Source of the DNA: an uncultured Chloroflexota bacterium
GTDB taxonomy: Bacteria > Chloroflexota > UBA11872
Direction: 5' to 3'
Length of the DNA: 54,808 nt
NCBI GenBank assembly: GCA_964522375.1
Contig: CAZFVB010000004.1
Span: 24,528-79,335 of the forward strand
Positions 1 to 10,278 of this stretch are shown piece by piece. A model generated the notes under the pieces. It was given only the letters and a program-made list of their open reading frames with translations, was not told where the DNA came from and did no database searches. Every line of letters starts with the position of its first letter. Position 1 is the first letter of the stretch. The translations under genes were made by a program, and so were the position numbers.

Positions 1-2672
1 GCCTTGCTTTTCGAAGACCTTCGGCGTCGAGAGGAACCACCCTGTGCGGCCACCCGCTCGGCGCGGGCGGCGAGAAGTTGGACCGCGTCTTCAATTGTGA
101 TTTCCCGTGGGTCACGGCCTTTTGGAAGGCTGGCATTGATCTCGCCGTCTGTGACGTATGGGCCATACCGACCATCGCGTACTACTACAGGTAATCCAGA
201 GGCGGGGTGGGTCCCAAGGTCCGCAAGTTGTTGGCCGCCACGTCGTGATTCTCGAGGTGCATTCAGCAATGCGATGGCCTGGTCAATATTGAACGTACTT
301 AGCGCTCTATATCTCTCGTCACCATCACCAGGCAGGCTGCGGTTTTCCGTGCCGGACTTGACATAGGGGCCATACGGTCCATCCTGCACGGTGACCTGGT
401 TACCTGAGGTTGGATGCTCACCCAGAACCCGGGGGTACTGCAAGAGCTCGAGAGCCTGCTCCAGTGTTATCGATTCGACGGGGACGGTTGGCCAGATGCT
501 TGCCGTTCGGGGCCTCTCAGCTCCTTCTCCCTGAGCTTCACCGACTTGTAGGTAGGCGCCGTTGCGGCCGACCTTGACAAAAATCGGCAGGCCGGATTCT
601 GGCTCGGCACCAAGGGTTCGGTCACCTTGAGACGCTTTCTCAAGTAGTTCATTGGCAACGGCGATGGTTAGCTCGTCCGGTGCCATCTCCTCGGGAACCT
701 GTGCTCGAATTGATTCGTCAGTTGGTGACTGAATATATGGTCCGTAGCGACCGACTCTGACTGCTAGGCCCGAGTCCTTGCTACCTAGTGGGATGGTTGA
801 GACCGCTCGGGCATCAATCTGGTCCCCGCTGGTTTCAATGCGGTGCTGGAGGCCGTCGGGAAGCATGTCGCTATCCGGATCTGCGGTGCTGGTGCCGAAA
901 TAGAATTCGGAGAGCCACGGCTGAGGGTCAAGCTCTCCATTTGCGACTTGGTCCAGGCTGTCGTTCATGCGGGCCGTGAAACCAGAGTCGATCAATTCTG
1001 AGAAGTGCTCCGTCATTAGGTTCATGACAGCGAAGGCGGTCCAACGTGGGACGAGCGAAGTTCCGCTCCGTTCAACATAGCGGTCCTGAATGCGTTCAAG
1101 GATGCTGGCATATGTAGAGGGACGCCCGATCCCAAGCCGTTCCAATTCACGGATCAGGCTTGCCTCGGTCCATCGATCAGGCGGGCGTGTTTCATGCTCT
1201 GTGGGTTCAAGTTCCGTCACAGTTACCGAATCGTCTTCAGCCAGGGACGGAAGGAACGCCTGATCATCGTCATTTCGTCTGCTCTGTTCGTTCGTGATAC
1301 GCAGGAAGCCGTCAAAGATCACCACCTGCCCGTTTGCCTGGAAAGTAGCCTGGCCATCGGCCCCTGCAGGCCCCTCAAGGAGGATGCGAGTTCGTTCCAG
1401 ACGGGCGTCAGGCATCTGGGATGCCAGCGTTCGCCTCCAAATGAGTTCGTAGAGCCGACGAGCATCCTCGTTGATGTCGGACGAAAGATCGGTGGGGTCA
1501 GTGAATTGTTCTCCGGAAGGCCGGATAGCTTCGTGGGCCTCTTGAGCGCTGGAGTCGCTGGTCTTATAGCGGCGAGATTGATCGGGAAGGTACTCGTCAC
1601 CGAAGCGTTGTTTGATTTCAAGACGAGCCGCAGCCAGGGCTTGGGCTGAGAGCGTCGTTGAATCTGTTCGCATATACGTGATGTAACCGTTTTCATACAA
1701 CTGTTGTGCTGCGCGCATGGTTCGGCCTGGGCTAAATCGAAGCTGACCGCTCGCTGCTTGCTGAAGCGTAGACGTGATGAGAGGTGGTCTCGGGCGTTGG
1801 GTTCTCGGTGTCTTTTCTACCGACCGCACGACAAGGTCTGAGCCGTTAAGCGCTTCGGCGAGTCGAAGAACATCTCGCTCCAGCAGGTGCTGCACTACAG
1901 ATGTTGAGGACAGTTCCCCGGACGCGGGATCGAAATCGCTTGCCCCAGCAATCTTTTGGTTAGCGAGTGTGATGAGGCGGGCCGAAAAGGGAGCGTCGGA
2001 TTCTCTGGGCGTCTTGAGTTCGGCCGTCAATCCCCCGAACTTGGCTCGAACAAACGCCATGCGCTCCCGTTCGCGATCAACAATGAGTCGGACAGCTGGC
2101 GACTGGACTCGTCCTGCCGAAAGTCCGCTTGCAACTTTTTTCCACAACACTGGAGAGATCTCAAAGCCGACCAGGCGATCGACGATACGGCGGGATTCTT
2201 GGGCCTTGAACAACTGTTCGTCGATGGTCCTCGTGTTTTGAAGAGCCTCCTCAATAGCAGGCTTTGTTATTTCATGGAAGACGAGTCGACCAACGGGCAC
2301 TTTGGGCTTGAGTGCTTCCACAAGATGCTTAGCTATAGCTTCGCCTTCACGGTCTTCGTCTGTTGCCAGCAGCAACGCATCAGCCGTCTTTAATTGACGC
2401 TTCAGATCAGCGACAATTTTTTTTGATCGAGCAGGGATGACGTACACCGGAGCGAATCCCTCGTCGACGTTTATGCCAAGTCGCGACCACGACTTTCCGC
2501 GGACCGCTTCAGGGATATCTGCTGCATTCACTGGAAGATCACGAATATGCCCAACTGACGATTCGACCGTGTACTCGGAGCCAAGAATCCCGGCGATCGT
2601 TCTTGCCTTAGCCGGTGATTCAACGATCACTAAGGTGTTTGAAGTTGCAGTGCGTGATCGGGCGGCTGTCAT
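1..2672 (-). CDS. topA: DNA topoisomerase I (type IA), running off the left edge of the window (stop codon not included)
   Basis: Not in the ORF track because it has no stop in the window. Manual translation from ATG at 2672 gives MTAARSRTATSNTLVIVESPAKARTI...VGHIRDLP (TOPRIM N-terminus), the active-site segment AQQLYENGYITYMRTDS, four C-terminal G(R/P)(Y/N)G(P/A)Y repeats and a basic tail. Confidence 0.97.
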   Translation of the reverse strand, partial: MTAARSRTATSNTLVIVESPAKARTIAGILGSEYTVESSVGHIRDLPVNAADIPEAVRGKSWSRLGINVDEGFAPVYVIPARSKKIVADLKRQLKTADALLLATDEDREGEAIAKHLVEALKPKVPVGRLVFHEITKPAIEEALQNTRTIDEQLFKAQESRRIVDRLVGFEISPVLWKKVASGLSAGRVQSPAVRLIVDRERERMAFVRAKFGGLTAELKTPRESDAPFSARLITLANQKIAGASDFDPASGELSSTSVVQHLLERDVLRLAEALNGSDLVVRSVEKTPRTQRPRPPLITSTLQQAASGQLRFSPGRTMRAAQQLYENGYITYMRTDSTTLSAQALAAARLEIKQRFGDEYLPDQSRRYKTSDSSAQEAHEAIRPSGEQFTDPTDLSSDINEDARRLYELIWRRTLASQMPDARLERTRILLEGPAGADGQATFQANGQVVIFDGFLRITNEQSRRNDDDQAFLPSLAEDDSVTVTELEPTEHETRPPDRWTEASLIRELERLGIGRPSTYASILERIQDRYVERSGTSLVPRWTAFAVMNLMTEHFSELIDSGFTARMNDSLDQVANGELDPQPWLSEFYFGTSTADPDSDMLPDGLQHRIETSGDQIDARAVSTIPLGSKDSGLAVRVGRYGPYIQSPTDESIRAQVPEEMAPDELTIAVANELLEKASQGDRTLGAEPESGLPIFVKVGRNGAYLQVGEAQGEGAERPRTASIWPTVPVESITLEQALELLQYPRVLGEHPTSGNQVTVQDGPYGPYVKSGTENRSLPGDGDERYRALSTFNIDQAIALLNAPRESRRGGQQLADLGTHPASGLPVVVRDGRYGPYVTDGEINASLPKGRDPREITIEDAVQLLAARAERVAAQGGSSRRRRSSKSK

Positions 2673-2762
2673 TGGTTCATTTGAATCTTCGAGGCATTTC
2701 TAGCGTGGGAAAAAGCTTTTGCCACAGCCTGTGAGGTCATACGGTCTATACCAACGTAGCAA

Positions 2763-5700
2763 TCATTGCGGTGAGATGTCACCACTTCCAGTTGTAACCG
2801 GTTGCTGCTCTGATGCTTTTAGGCTGTCCCATCGCAAAATACTATCGAGCAGGGCTAAAAGCTGTTCTGGCCATTCGGGAGCGTCCTGAAACCCTCTCCA
2901 CACAAGTCCGTGGTGGCCCTGGCGCATTCGTCTGCCGATAACCTTTGCGATAACGGCCGAGTTAACACGCCGTCCTGAGGGAATCTTAATGATGAGTTCA
3001 TGGTTGTAGGTCGTGATGCTTGGAATGCCGAGTTCGATAGCTCTGACTTTGACTCGCAGAATGGTGGCCATATTGGCAACGGCTTCAGGAAGTTCACCGA
3101 ACCTGTCCCGAATGTCTGCGATGGCTTCCTCAACTGAGGGTATGGTCTTGAGGCTCGCCAGTCGCTGATACTCCCGCACCTTGGCGCCATACGTCCCCAT
3201 GTATTCATCAGGAAGATACGCATCGAGTGGAAGATCAACGACCACGGGCGGTGACTCTTCTTGCTCCACCTGAGTTCCTTGCAACTCTTGCACGGCCGCC
3301 CTCAACATTCGTGTGTAAAGGTCGAAGCCGACGGTTGTGACATGCCCATGTTGGTCAGCTCCCAAAAGGTTGCCCGCCCCACGAATCTCGAGGTCACGCA
3401 TTGCGATTCGAAAGCCGGCTCCTAGTTCGGACGCCTCAAGAATTGTTTGGAGGCGCTTTTCGGCGTCTTCTGTAAGCTTTTGGTCTTTTTGATAAAGAAA
3501 ATATGCATAGGCTTGCGCTTCAGCCCGGCCCACGCGTCCACGAAGCTGATACAACTGTGAGAGACCGAACCTCCATGCATCGTTGATGATGATGGTGTTC
3601 ACATTGGGGATGTCCAGACCGTTCTCAATAATGGCGGTGGACAGAAGCACCTGCGCGTCCCCACGAGCAAACCTGTACATCACTTCTTCGAGTTCATTCG
3701 ATGACATTTGTCCATGCCCGACGAGGATGTCGACTGACGGAAGGAGTGTTTTGAGTCGCTCCGCCCAGGTGTTTATCGTCTGGATTCGGTTATGGAGGAA
3801 ATAGACCTGACCACCCCTGTCAATCTCATTCTGAATAGCGTTGCAGACGATCTCATCGTGATAGATCGACACATACGTTTTTACCGGTAGTCGACGTTCG
3901 GGTGGTGATTCAATGACACTGATTTCTCGAAGACCGCTTAACGCCATATGAAGGGTTCGAGGAATAGGGGTAGCGGTTAAGGTCACGACATCCACGTTAT
4001 GACGCAGGGCCTTGAGTTGCTCCTTTTGCTGGACCCCAAAGCGCTGTTCTTCATCGATTACTACTAGGCCGAGGTCGGCAAAGGCAACGTCCTTCTGGAG
4101 CACTCTGTGTGTTCCGATGACGACATTGACATCCCCGGATGCGAGTCCGCCGAGCACGGCTTCTTGTTCGGACTTTTTTCTGAAGCGGCTGAGCTGGGCA
4201 ATCTTTAAGGGGAACTCCCGCATTCGTGACGTAAATGTGTCGTAGTGCTGTTGCGCTAGAACAGTTGTTGGGACGAGGATGGCTACCTGTTTCCCAGACA
4301 TCGCTGCTTTGAAGGTGGCCCGTAGGGCAACTTCAGTTTTCCCGTAACCCACATCCCCTGCGATGAGGCGGTCCATAGGCCTCGCCCGTTCCATGTCCCC
4401 TTTGACATCTGTTATTGCCCGCAATTGGTCTGGGGTTTCAATGAAGGGGAACTTGTCTTCAAACTCCCCCTGCCACGGAGAATCCCCCTCAAAGGAATGG
4501 CCAACGGACGTTTCACGTGCCGCGTAAATCTCAAGCAGCTCCGAGGCGATTTCTTCGGCCGAGCGCTGGGCCTTCTTTTTTGCCTTTGTCCAATCCGCCG
4601 TTCCGAGGCGGTTGAGCTTGGGCTCCCGATCACTCATTCCTACATATTTTTGGATGCGTCCTATCTGGTCGACGGGTATATAGAGACGGTCTGTTCCCAT
4701 GTACTCCAACGCTAAGTACTCTCGTTGGCCACTGGACTCAGTCATCTGAACAATGCCTTGGAATCGACCGATTCCATGCTCGACATGCACAACGAAATCG
4801 CCGGTCTTAAGGTCGGCCAGAAATGTCCGGTCGGTATTGCTAGCGCCCTTGCGAAGGCGCCGGGCAGTCTTTCGACCAAAGAGCTCACTGTCTGTGATCA
4901 GTACGAGTTTCGAGTCGGGATGTCGCCAACCTTCAGCCAGGGTTGCTTTTAAAACAGAGATTGTCTTTGGATCGGGAGCCTCCAGGATTTCTTCAGTAAG
5001 AGAGCTGTCCACTCCCTGTTCTGCTAGCAGTCGCTGCAGTCGCTCACCTTGATGGCTCACGATCACGATTCGATTTTTTGCCTCCTGAAGCTGCAGGAGG
5101 TCATCAGCCATGTGCTGCAAACGACCGCCGTAAGGTTTTTGAGCCTCAAACCCGTCGATAATGCTTCGTGCCATCGTGGTAGACGTTGGAAGTTCTGGGG
5201 TATATGTCAGCCGGAGTTGCGATTCATCAAGTCTGGCCAAGATGTGGGATGCACTACATAGGGGCGAAGGAAATTCTGGGGGAAGCTCGCCGTTGGATGT
5301 GAGTCGGTCACGATTGGTTTCTGCCGATGTTTCTGTGTGCCTCGCGGCAGCGGATACATGGTCAGGCTCATCGACGACCACAAGGCTGGTGGGGGTGTAA
5401 TCAAAGAGTGTGGCTGGTCGAGGCATCAGGCTCATTGAGTAGAACGCCGCATCGTCGAAGTGTTCAGAGTTCTTAAGTTGGTCGTGATGTCGGCTCCAAA
5501 CATCTCGGTCTTCAGCCCGTAGCGCGTCCAGGTTCATCTCCTCCAGTCGTGTGGCTAAGTCAGGGCCAAGCCACGTAGCGATTTCTGTAGCTGGAGTCAG
5601 AAGAAGCGGATGAGGCGATCCAAACGAGCGTTGCGTTTTTGGATCGAATTTTCGAATGGATTCCAGTTCCGAACCAAGAAAGTCAACCCGGACGGGCCAT

Positions 5701-6287
5701 CCCGCATTTGGGGTGAAAATATCTATGATGCCGCCACGGTGCGCGAATTCGCCTGGTCGCTCCACCAAGGGGGTGGATTGGTAGCCCATGGCAATCAACT
5801 TTCGGGTCACTTCGTTAAGGTCGGATTGGTTTCCCGGAGCCAATGAAAGGGAATGGGCTAAGAACTCCTTGAGGGGCATGAGGTGTCTCATTAAGGCGCG
5901 TACCGTTGTTGTGATGATGGGAGCAGCAGGCGACGGGGACTCAAGTTGCTGTTGCAAGCGTCCAAGGACGGAGACTCGCTGCGCCAGGATCTCGTTGCTT
6001 ATAGCAAGTAGGGAATAGGGAGGGACGTCAACATCTGGAAAGTGGATCGCTGGCCTATTGGGGGCCCATACGCCGATATCATTAGCAAACTCTGCTGCTC
6101 GGGCTTCTTCGGCGGTTACAACAATGATTGGGGCATTGCTGTTGCAAGCCAACGCAGAAATGAATGCGGCCTTGGCCCCATCACGAATCTCAACGACTTG
6201 GCAAGAAGGTTTTTCAAATCCTGCGCTTAATGCCCCCGAAAGACCGGCGTCCTTGCCGAGAAGGTTAAGAAGACCGATCAGCGACAT
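2763..6287 (-). CDS. mfd: Transcription-repair coupling factor
   Basis: 1174 aa. UvrB-like N-terminus, CarD/RID domain (GDFVVHVEHGIGRF), SF2 motifs GDVGYGKT, DEEQRFG, TATPIPRT and QLRGRVGR, TRG motif (RDLEIRGAGNLLG). Confidence 0.98.
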   Translation of the reverse strand: MSLIGLLNLLGKDAGLSGALSAGFEKPSCQVVEIRDGAKAAFISALACNSNAPIIVVTAEEARAAEFANDIGVWAPNRPAIHFPDVDVPPYSLLAISNEILAQRVSVLGRLQQQLESPSPAAPIITTTVRALMRHLMPLKEFLAHSLSLAPGNQSDLNEVTRKLIAMGYQSTPLVERPGEFAHRGGIIDIFTPNAGWPVRVDFLGSELESIRKFDPKTQRSFGSPHPLLLTPATEIATWLGPDLATRLEEMNLDALRAEDRDVWSRHHDQLKNSEHFDDAAFYSMSLMPRPATLFDYTPTSLVVVDEPDHVSAAARHTETSAETNRDRLTSNGELPPEFPSPLCSASHILARLDESQLRLTYTPELPTSTTMARSIIDGFEAQKPYGGRLQHMADDLLQLQEAKNRIVIVSHQGERLQRLLAEQGVDSSLTEEILEAPDPKTISVLKATLAEGWRHPDSKLVLITDSELFGRKTARRLRKGASNTDRTFLADLKTGDFVVHVEHGIGRFQGIVQMTESSGQREYLALEYMGTDRLYIPVDQIGRIQKYVGMSDREPKLNRLGTADWTKAKKKAQRSAEEIASELLEIYAARETSVGHSFEGDSPWQGEFEDKFPFIETPDQLRAITDVKGDMERARPMDRLIAGDVGYGKTEVALRATFKAAMSGKQVAILVPTTVLAQQHYDTFTSRMREFPLKIAQLSRFRKKSEQEAVLGGLASGDVNVVIGTHRVLQKDVAFADLGLVVIDEEQRFGVQQKEQLKALRHNVDVVTLTATPIPRTLHMALSGLREISVIESPPERRLPVKTYVSIYHDEIVCNAIQNEIDRGGQVYFLHNRIQTINTWAERLKTLLPSVDILVGHGQMSSNELEEVMYRFARGDAQVLLSTAIIENGLDIPNVNTIIINDAWRFGLSQLYQLRGRVGRAEAQAYAYFLYQKDQKLTEDAEKRLQTILEASELGAGFRIAMRDLEIRGAGNLLGADQHGHVTTVGFDLYTRMLRAAVQELQGTQVEQEESPPVVVDLPLDAYLPDEYMGTYGAKVREYQRLASLKTIPSVEEAIADIRDRFGELPEAVANMATILRVKVRAIELGIPSITTYNHELIIKIPSGRRVNSAVIAKVIGRRMRQGHHGLVWRGFQDAPEWPEQLLALLDSILRWDSLKASEQQPVTTGSGDISPQ

Positions 6288-6903
6288 CGATCACGTTAAA
6301 TGCACTCATGGCGGTGTGCATGTCCTTGGCCACGATGGTCCGCACCGCAGCGGCAGCCTCATGGATGGCAGTCTGCACAATCGGCTGTTCGATGGAAGAA
6401 AACTCGTCAAGCACATAGGTGGCCGGGTCGACATTGTCCGGGGGGCGACCAAGACCGATTTTCACCCTTTGGAACTTATCGGTGTTCAAAGCCTGAATGA
6501 TCGACCGCACTCCGTTGTGCCCCCCCGCGCCTCCGTCAGAGCGGAGCCTGAGCCGTCCAAAACTCAGATCCATATCATCATGCACCACAATAATTTCTGC
6601 GGGTTCCAAGAAGAGGTCCTTCGCGGCGGCTAAAACAGAATTGCCTGACTTGTTCACAAAGCTTCGAGGTTTGAGGAGCGCAACCGGCTGCCCTTCAATA
6701 TTTCCTAGCCATAAGTTGGCCCGGTACTTTGTTTTCATCCATCTCCCTGCCCCAGTCCGCGCGAGTTCGTTGCAAACTCGAAATCCAATGTTATGTCGAG
6801 TTAGTTGATATTCCGTACCGGGATTCCCAAGGCCAACAATCAAATAGGATCGCTGAATATTCGCTCCGGGTAACAACTGCCGAACAGAATTCCATCTCTT
6901 CAT
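6265..6903 (-). CDS. pth: Peptidyl-tRNA hydrolase
   Basis: LIVGLGNPG, TRHNIGF, VVHDDMDL and GGHNGVRS motifs. ATGA overlap with the rsmA stop. Confidence 0.97.
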   Translation of the reverse strand: MKRWNSVRQLLPGANIQRSYLIVGLGNPGTEYQLTRHNIGFRVCNELARTGAGRWMKTKYRANLWLGNIEGQPVALLKPRSFVNKSGNSVLAAAKDLFLEPAEIIVVHDDMDLSFGRLRLRSDGGAGGHNGVRSIIQALNTDKFQRVKIGLGRPPDNVDPATYVLDEFSSIEQPIVQTAIHEAAAAVRTIVAKDMHTAMSAFNVIDVADRSS

Positions 6904-7724
6904 TGCGGATCACGGTTCCTTGTCGTCCGTACAGCTTCTGCCAGGGCATCCCATTCCTCCAGGGTGACGGTTTGTGGCCGTCGGGCGGGGTCGATGCGAG
7001 TCTGGTGCATCACTTGCTCAATCTCACTTTCCGATCGTCCGAGTCCTGCGGCAAGTGAGTTTCTAAGCTTTTTTCTGGTCTGTGAGAAACCGTGTCGTGC
7101 AAGCGCTATCCGACTTTGCAGATCCACGCCGCGCAGAGTGTCTGGGTGAAGTGGTTGAATGCGAACGAGTGACGACGTGACTTTTGGACGCGGCCGAAAA
7201 GCATTCGGAGAAACGTCGAAGAGATGGCGAACCTCAGCGTGTGACTGCACGATTACGCTTAAGAGGCCCATTCGCCCTGGCTCTGCGATGAGCTTTTCAG
7301 CTACTTCCTTTTGCAATAGCACGGTCAAGCTGCGTGGCGCATGTTCGGACTCAAGTAGATCAACAATCAGTCGAGTTCCCACACTGTAGGGAAGGTTTGC
7401 GACGACATGAAACGGCCCTCCTGCAATCTCGGACATATTCATTTTTCGAGCATCACCGGAAATGATTTTTACGAGCCTATGACCAGCAAACCTTTTTTGG
7501 AGTCCTAGTGAGAGCAGATTATCCACCTCGATCGCAAAAACTTTGAGTCCAAGCGCGATCAGAGCGTCAGTTAAATTGCCGGTTCCTGCGCCGATTTCTA
7601 CAACGGTCGTGCCTGGGGCCAAGGCTGCGGAAGCAGCAATACGACGTTGGATACCTCGGTCGACGAGAAAGTTCTGGCCGCGTCTACGTGAGGGGCGAAA
7701 AATCGCCTTTGAAGGTTCAGTCAC
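6900..7724 (-). CDS. rsmA: 16S rRNA m6,2A1518/1519 dimethyltransferase (KsgA)
   Basis: GQNFLVD, VVEIGAGTG, VANLPY, LQKEVA and FRPRPKVTS motifs. Confidence 0.96.
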   Translation of the reverse strand: MTEPSKAIFRPSRRRGQNFLVDRGIQRRIAASAALAPGTTVVEIGAGTGNLTDALIALGLKVFAIEVDNLLSLGLQKRFAGHRLVKIISGDARKMNMSEIAGGPFHVVANLPYSVGTRLIVDLLESEHAPRSLTVLLQKEVAEKLIAEPGRMGLLSVIVQSHAEVRHLFDVSPNAFRPRPKVTSSLVRIQPLHPDTLRGVDLQSRIALARHGFSQTRKKLRNSLAAGLGRSESEIEQVMHQTRIDPARRPQTVTLEEWDALAEAVRTTRNRDPQ

Positions 7725-7749
7725 TCCCTAGTATCACATCGAGTGGGAC

Positions 7750-8490
7750 TTAGACTGCGAGATAGCCCCCATCGGCATAAAGGGTTGTTCCGGTTATGTA
7801 GACCGATCGATCTGAGAGTAAGAAGGCGATGCACCCCGCGATTTCGGAAGGGTCAGCGTAGCGTCTAAGTGGCACTAGGCCCTCCCGCTGACTTCGGAGA
7901 GTGGCGTCGGACCAAACGTCTTCTGTCATTTTGGTTGTTGTTAGCCCGGGGCCCACACAGTTAACCCTAATGTTGTGAGGCGCCAGTTCTTGTGCAATAG
8001 CCCGTGTAACCGTACGAAGGGCTCCCTTGGCGGACGAATAATGGGCCTGCCCTGACTCAGCGACCTCTGACCGAATGGAACTCACGTGGACGATCGAACC
8101 AGGTGCTTTCCTATCAATAAGGTGCTCGGCAACTGCTTTCGTCATGAACACCGGTCCTCGCACCAGCACGTTGCACATCCTTATCCACGAGGCCGTATCA
8201 ATTTCAACGAGAGCCCGACGATCGGTATAGCCCGCGATATTAGCTAGCGCATCGATCTTTCCATGCGTTTCAACAGTGTTGGCAACTAGTTGTTGGCTGG
8301 CTTCTACATCGGCAACGTCAAGCCACTGCGCAGTGACACTTTCGCTAAGCGGGGATGCGGCGGTCCAACGATGAAGCTCATCGATATCAATGTCGCACGC
8401 GACAACGCGGTACCCATCGGTTACCAGTCGTTCTACACATGAGCGGCCAATGCCACGTGCGGCTCCCGTTACGATCGCTACGCGAGACAT
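7750..8490 (-). CDS. Short-chain dehydrogenase/reductase (FabG-like SDR)
   Basis: TGAARGIG, NIAG, YSSAK (YxxxK) and VNCVGPG motifs. Confidence 0.92.
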   Translation of the reverse strand: MSRVAIVTGAARGIGRSCVERLVTDGYRVVACDIDIDELHRWTAASPLSESVTAQWLDVADVEASQQLVANTVETHGKIDALANIAGYTDRRALVEIDTASWIRMCNVLVRGPVFMTKAVAEHLIDRKAPGSIVHVSSIRSEVAESGQAHYSSAKGALRTVTRAIAQELAPHNIRVNCVGPGLTTTKMTEDVWSDATLRSQREGLVPLRRYADPSEIAGCIAFLLSDRSVYITGTTLYADGGYLAV

Positions 8491-9266
8491 CAGTGCGTCA
8501 ATTCTCCACCGTCAACCATGACCGTGACGCCAGTGACATAGCTTGCGTCACCTGAGGCTAGGAAAGTTGCTAAATCAGCAATGTCGGAAGGTTGGCCGAG
8601 GCGCCCCATGGGTATACGAGCCAGCTGTTCATTCAACGCGCTTTGGTTTTCAAGAAGCGATTCCGTGAGAGGCGTTTCGGCTACTCCCGGGCCAATGGCG
8701 CACACCCGGATGTTGTGGGGCGCTAACTCTACGGCTGCAGCCTTTGTCAGCATGCGAACGCCGCCCTTGGAAGCGCAATAGGAGGTGTGAATAAATCCAG
8801 CCACATCTTCACGCATAGACGACATATTAATGATGACCCCGCCAGCCGACTGGGTTTTCATTTGCGTTGCTGCCGCTCGTACACCGTGAAACACGCCCAT
8901 AAGGTTTACGGCCATGACGGCATCGAATGCGTCCACAGTAAGATCGAGGAACCGTTCCCGAATAGTGATGCCCGCGTTATTCACCATTACATCCAGCCGA
9001 CCCCATCGTTCGGAAACTTGAACAACCGCTGCAGTTACTTCATCAAGACGGGTTACGTCGGTTTCTATAACTACTGCGTCTCCACCCGCTCCTTCTATGA
9101 GTCGGAGTGTCTCTTGGGCTGCTTCAAGGTCTTTGTCTGCAAGACCGAGCTTCGCTCCATCTCGGGCCAGGTTTTGACTAATTGCTCTGCCAAAACCGGA
9201 AGCAGCGCCAGTAACCAGGGCCACCTTGCCCTTTAGAGGAGCAGGAGGATTATTTGAGGAAGTCAT
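8490..9266 (-). CDS. Short-chain dehydrogenase/reductase (glucose-1-dehydrogenase/FabG-like SDR)
   Basis: TGAASGFG, NNAG, YCASK and IGPG motifs. Stop overlaps the start of the next SDR. Confidence 0.93.
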   Translation of the reverse strand: MTSSNNPPAPLKGKVALVTGAASGFGRAISQNLARDGAKLGLADKDLEAAQETLRLIEGAGGDAVVIETDVTRLDEVTAAVVQVSERWGRLDVMVNNAGITIRERFLDLTVDAFDAVMAVNLMGVFHGVRAAATQMKTQSAGGVIINMSSMREDVAGFIHTSYCASKGGVRMLTKAAAVELAPHNIRVCAIGPGVAETPLTESLLENQSALNEQLARIPMGRLGQPSDIADLATFLASGDASYVTGVTVMVDGGELTH

Positions 9267-9330
9267 ACGGCTGCAGAGCCTAGCAAAACCGGATTGATGT
9301 TGTACTCGGTGGCAGGTTCATTCCTACCCA

Positions 9331-9960
9331 TCAGGGTCTGTTGCGGGGTGTCTTTGAAGAAATTCCTTTTTCGATGTCTTCGAGATGCGTGCATGCGGCT
9401 CTGCCGGCCTTGCCACGATGGCTAATTACATCCTTTTCGGCGTTGGTAAGTTCCGCCATCGTTCTGTTCCTGTCAGTAACAAGAAATATGGGGTCATATC
9501 CAAAGCCCCGATGCCCAATGGGCTCCATTGAGATCTCCCCATCCACGGTGGCCTCAATTGTGTAGACGATGGCACCGGTTTGGTCTGCTACAGCGATCGC
9601 ACATCGATAGCGAGCAGACCGGAGTTCTTGACCAACATTCCTCAACATATGGAGAACCTTTTCATTTCGGTCATCGTCAGTTGCGTCTGCGCCGGCAAAA
9701 CGACTCGAATAAATTCCGGGTTGTCCATGGAGAGCGTCAATCTCGAGGCCGGAATCATCTGAGATGGCCCAGCAACCATAGTGTTGTGCATAACCTATGG
9801 CCTTTAGCGCTGCGTTTTGAGCAAACGTTGTTCCGGATTCCTCGACTTCTATTGAGGCGCCAAGATCGGTTGGTATACACAGCGAAACAGATGAGCCGAC
9901 AAATATCCTTCGGAATTCGTCATGTTTGTGCTTGCTCGATGAGGCGATTAGCAACTGCAT
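9331..9960 (-). CDS. rdgB: Non-canonical purine NTP pyrophosphatase (RdgB/HAM1)
   Basis: TFAQNAALKA, DDSGLEIDALHGQPGIYSSR, GFGYDPIF and SHRG motifs. Confidence 0.95.
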   Translation of the reverse strand: MQLLIASSSKHKHDEFRRIFVGSSVSLCIPTDLGASIEVEESGTTFAQNAALKAIGYAQHYGCWAISDDSGLEIDALHGQPGIYSSRFAGADATDDDRNEKVLHMLRNVGQELRSARYRCAIAVADQTGAIVYTIEATVDGEISMEPIGHRGFGYDPIFLVTDRNRTMAELTNAEKDVISHRGKAGRAACTHLEDIEKGISSKTPRNRP

Positions 9961-10278
9961 ATGGGCTCCAGAAGGCGCATTCTGTTTACCTGCCGCTTGC
10001 GTCTCAGTACTGCCGTCTTATAGCTTAAACTTCTCAATCCTAAGGCATTGGGGTCGATCAAGTTCGATTCATAGGGTCCCCTCTCTCGTCCTTGGTCGCT
10101 GTGGTCTTGGCCTCCAATTTGTTCTCAGCCGCATGGCGATAGCCTTCTGTTTAGCGCGTAGAATTGTTATCGTGATGTGATCACGGCCTTGGCTTTTCCT
10201 ATAGTCAAGCCCAACAACTCCAAGCCGATTTTGTTCTTGAGTTGTGCCCTGCCCCAATGGGATGCAAGGAAGGAAACC

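Noticed and set aside
9961-10278. Possible cobalamin riboswitch upstream of the corrinoid protein; track ORF 10069-10257
   Set aside because: No B12-box (GCCACTG) or GGGAA core was seen, only an ACAACTC(C)AAG/CTTGAGTTGT hairpin near 10214-10245. The 62-aa ORF has no recognisable motif.
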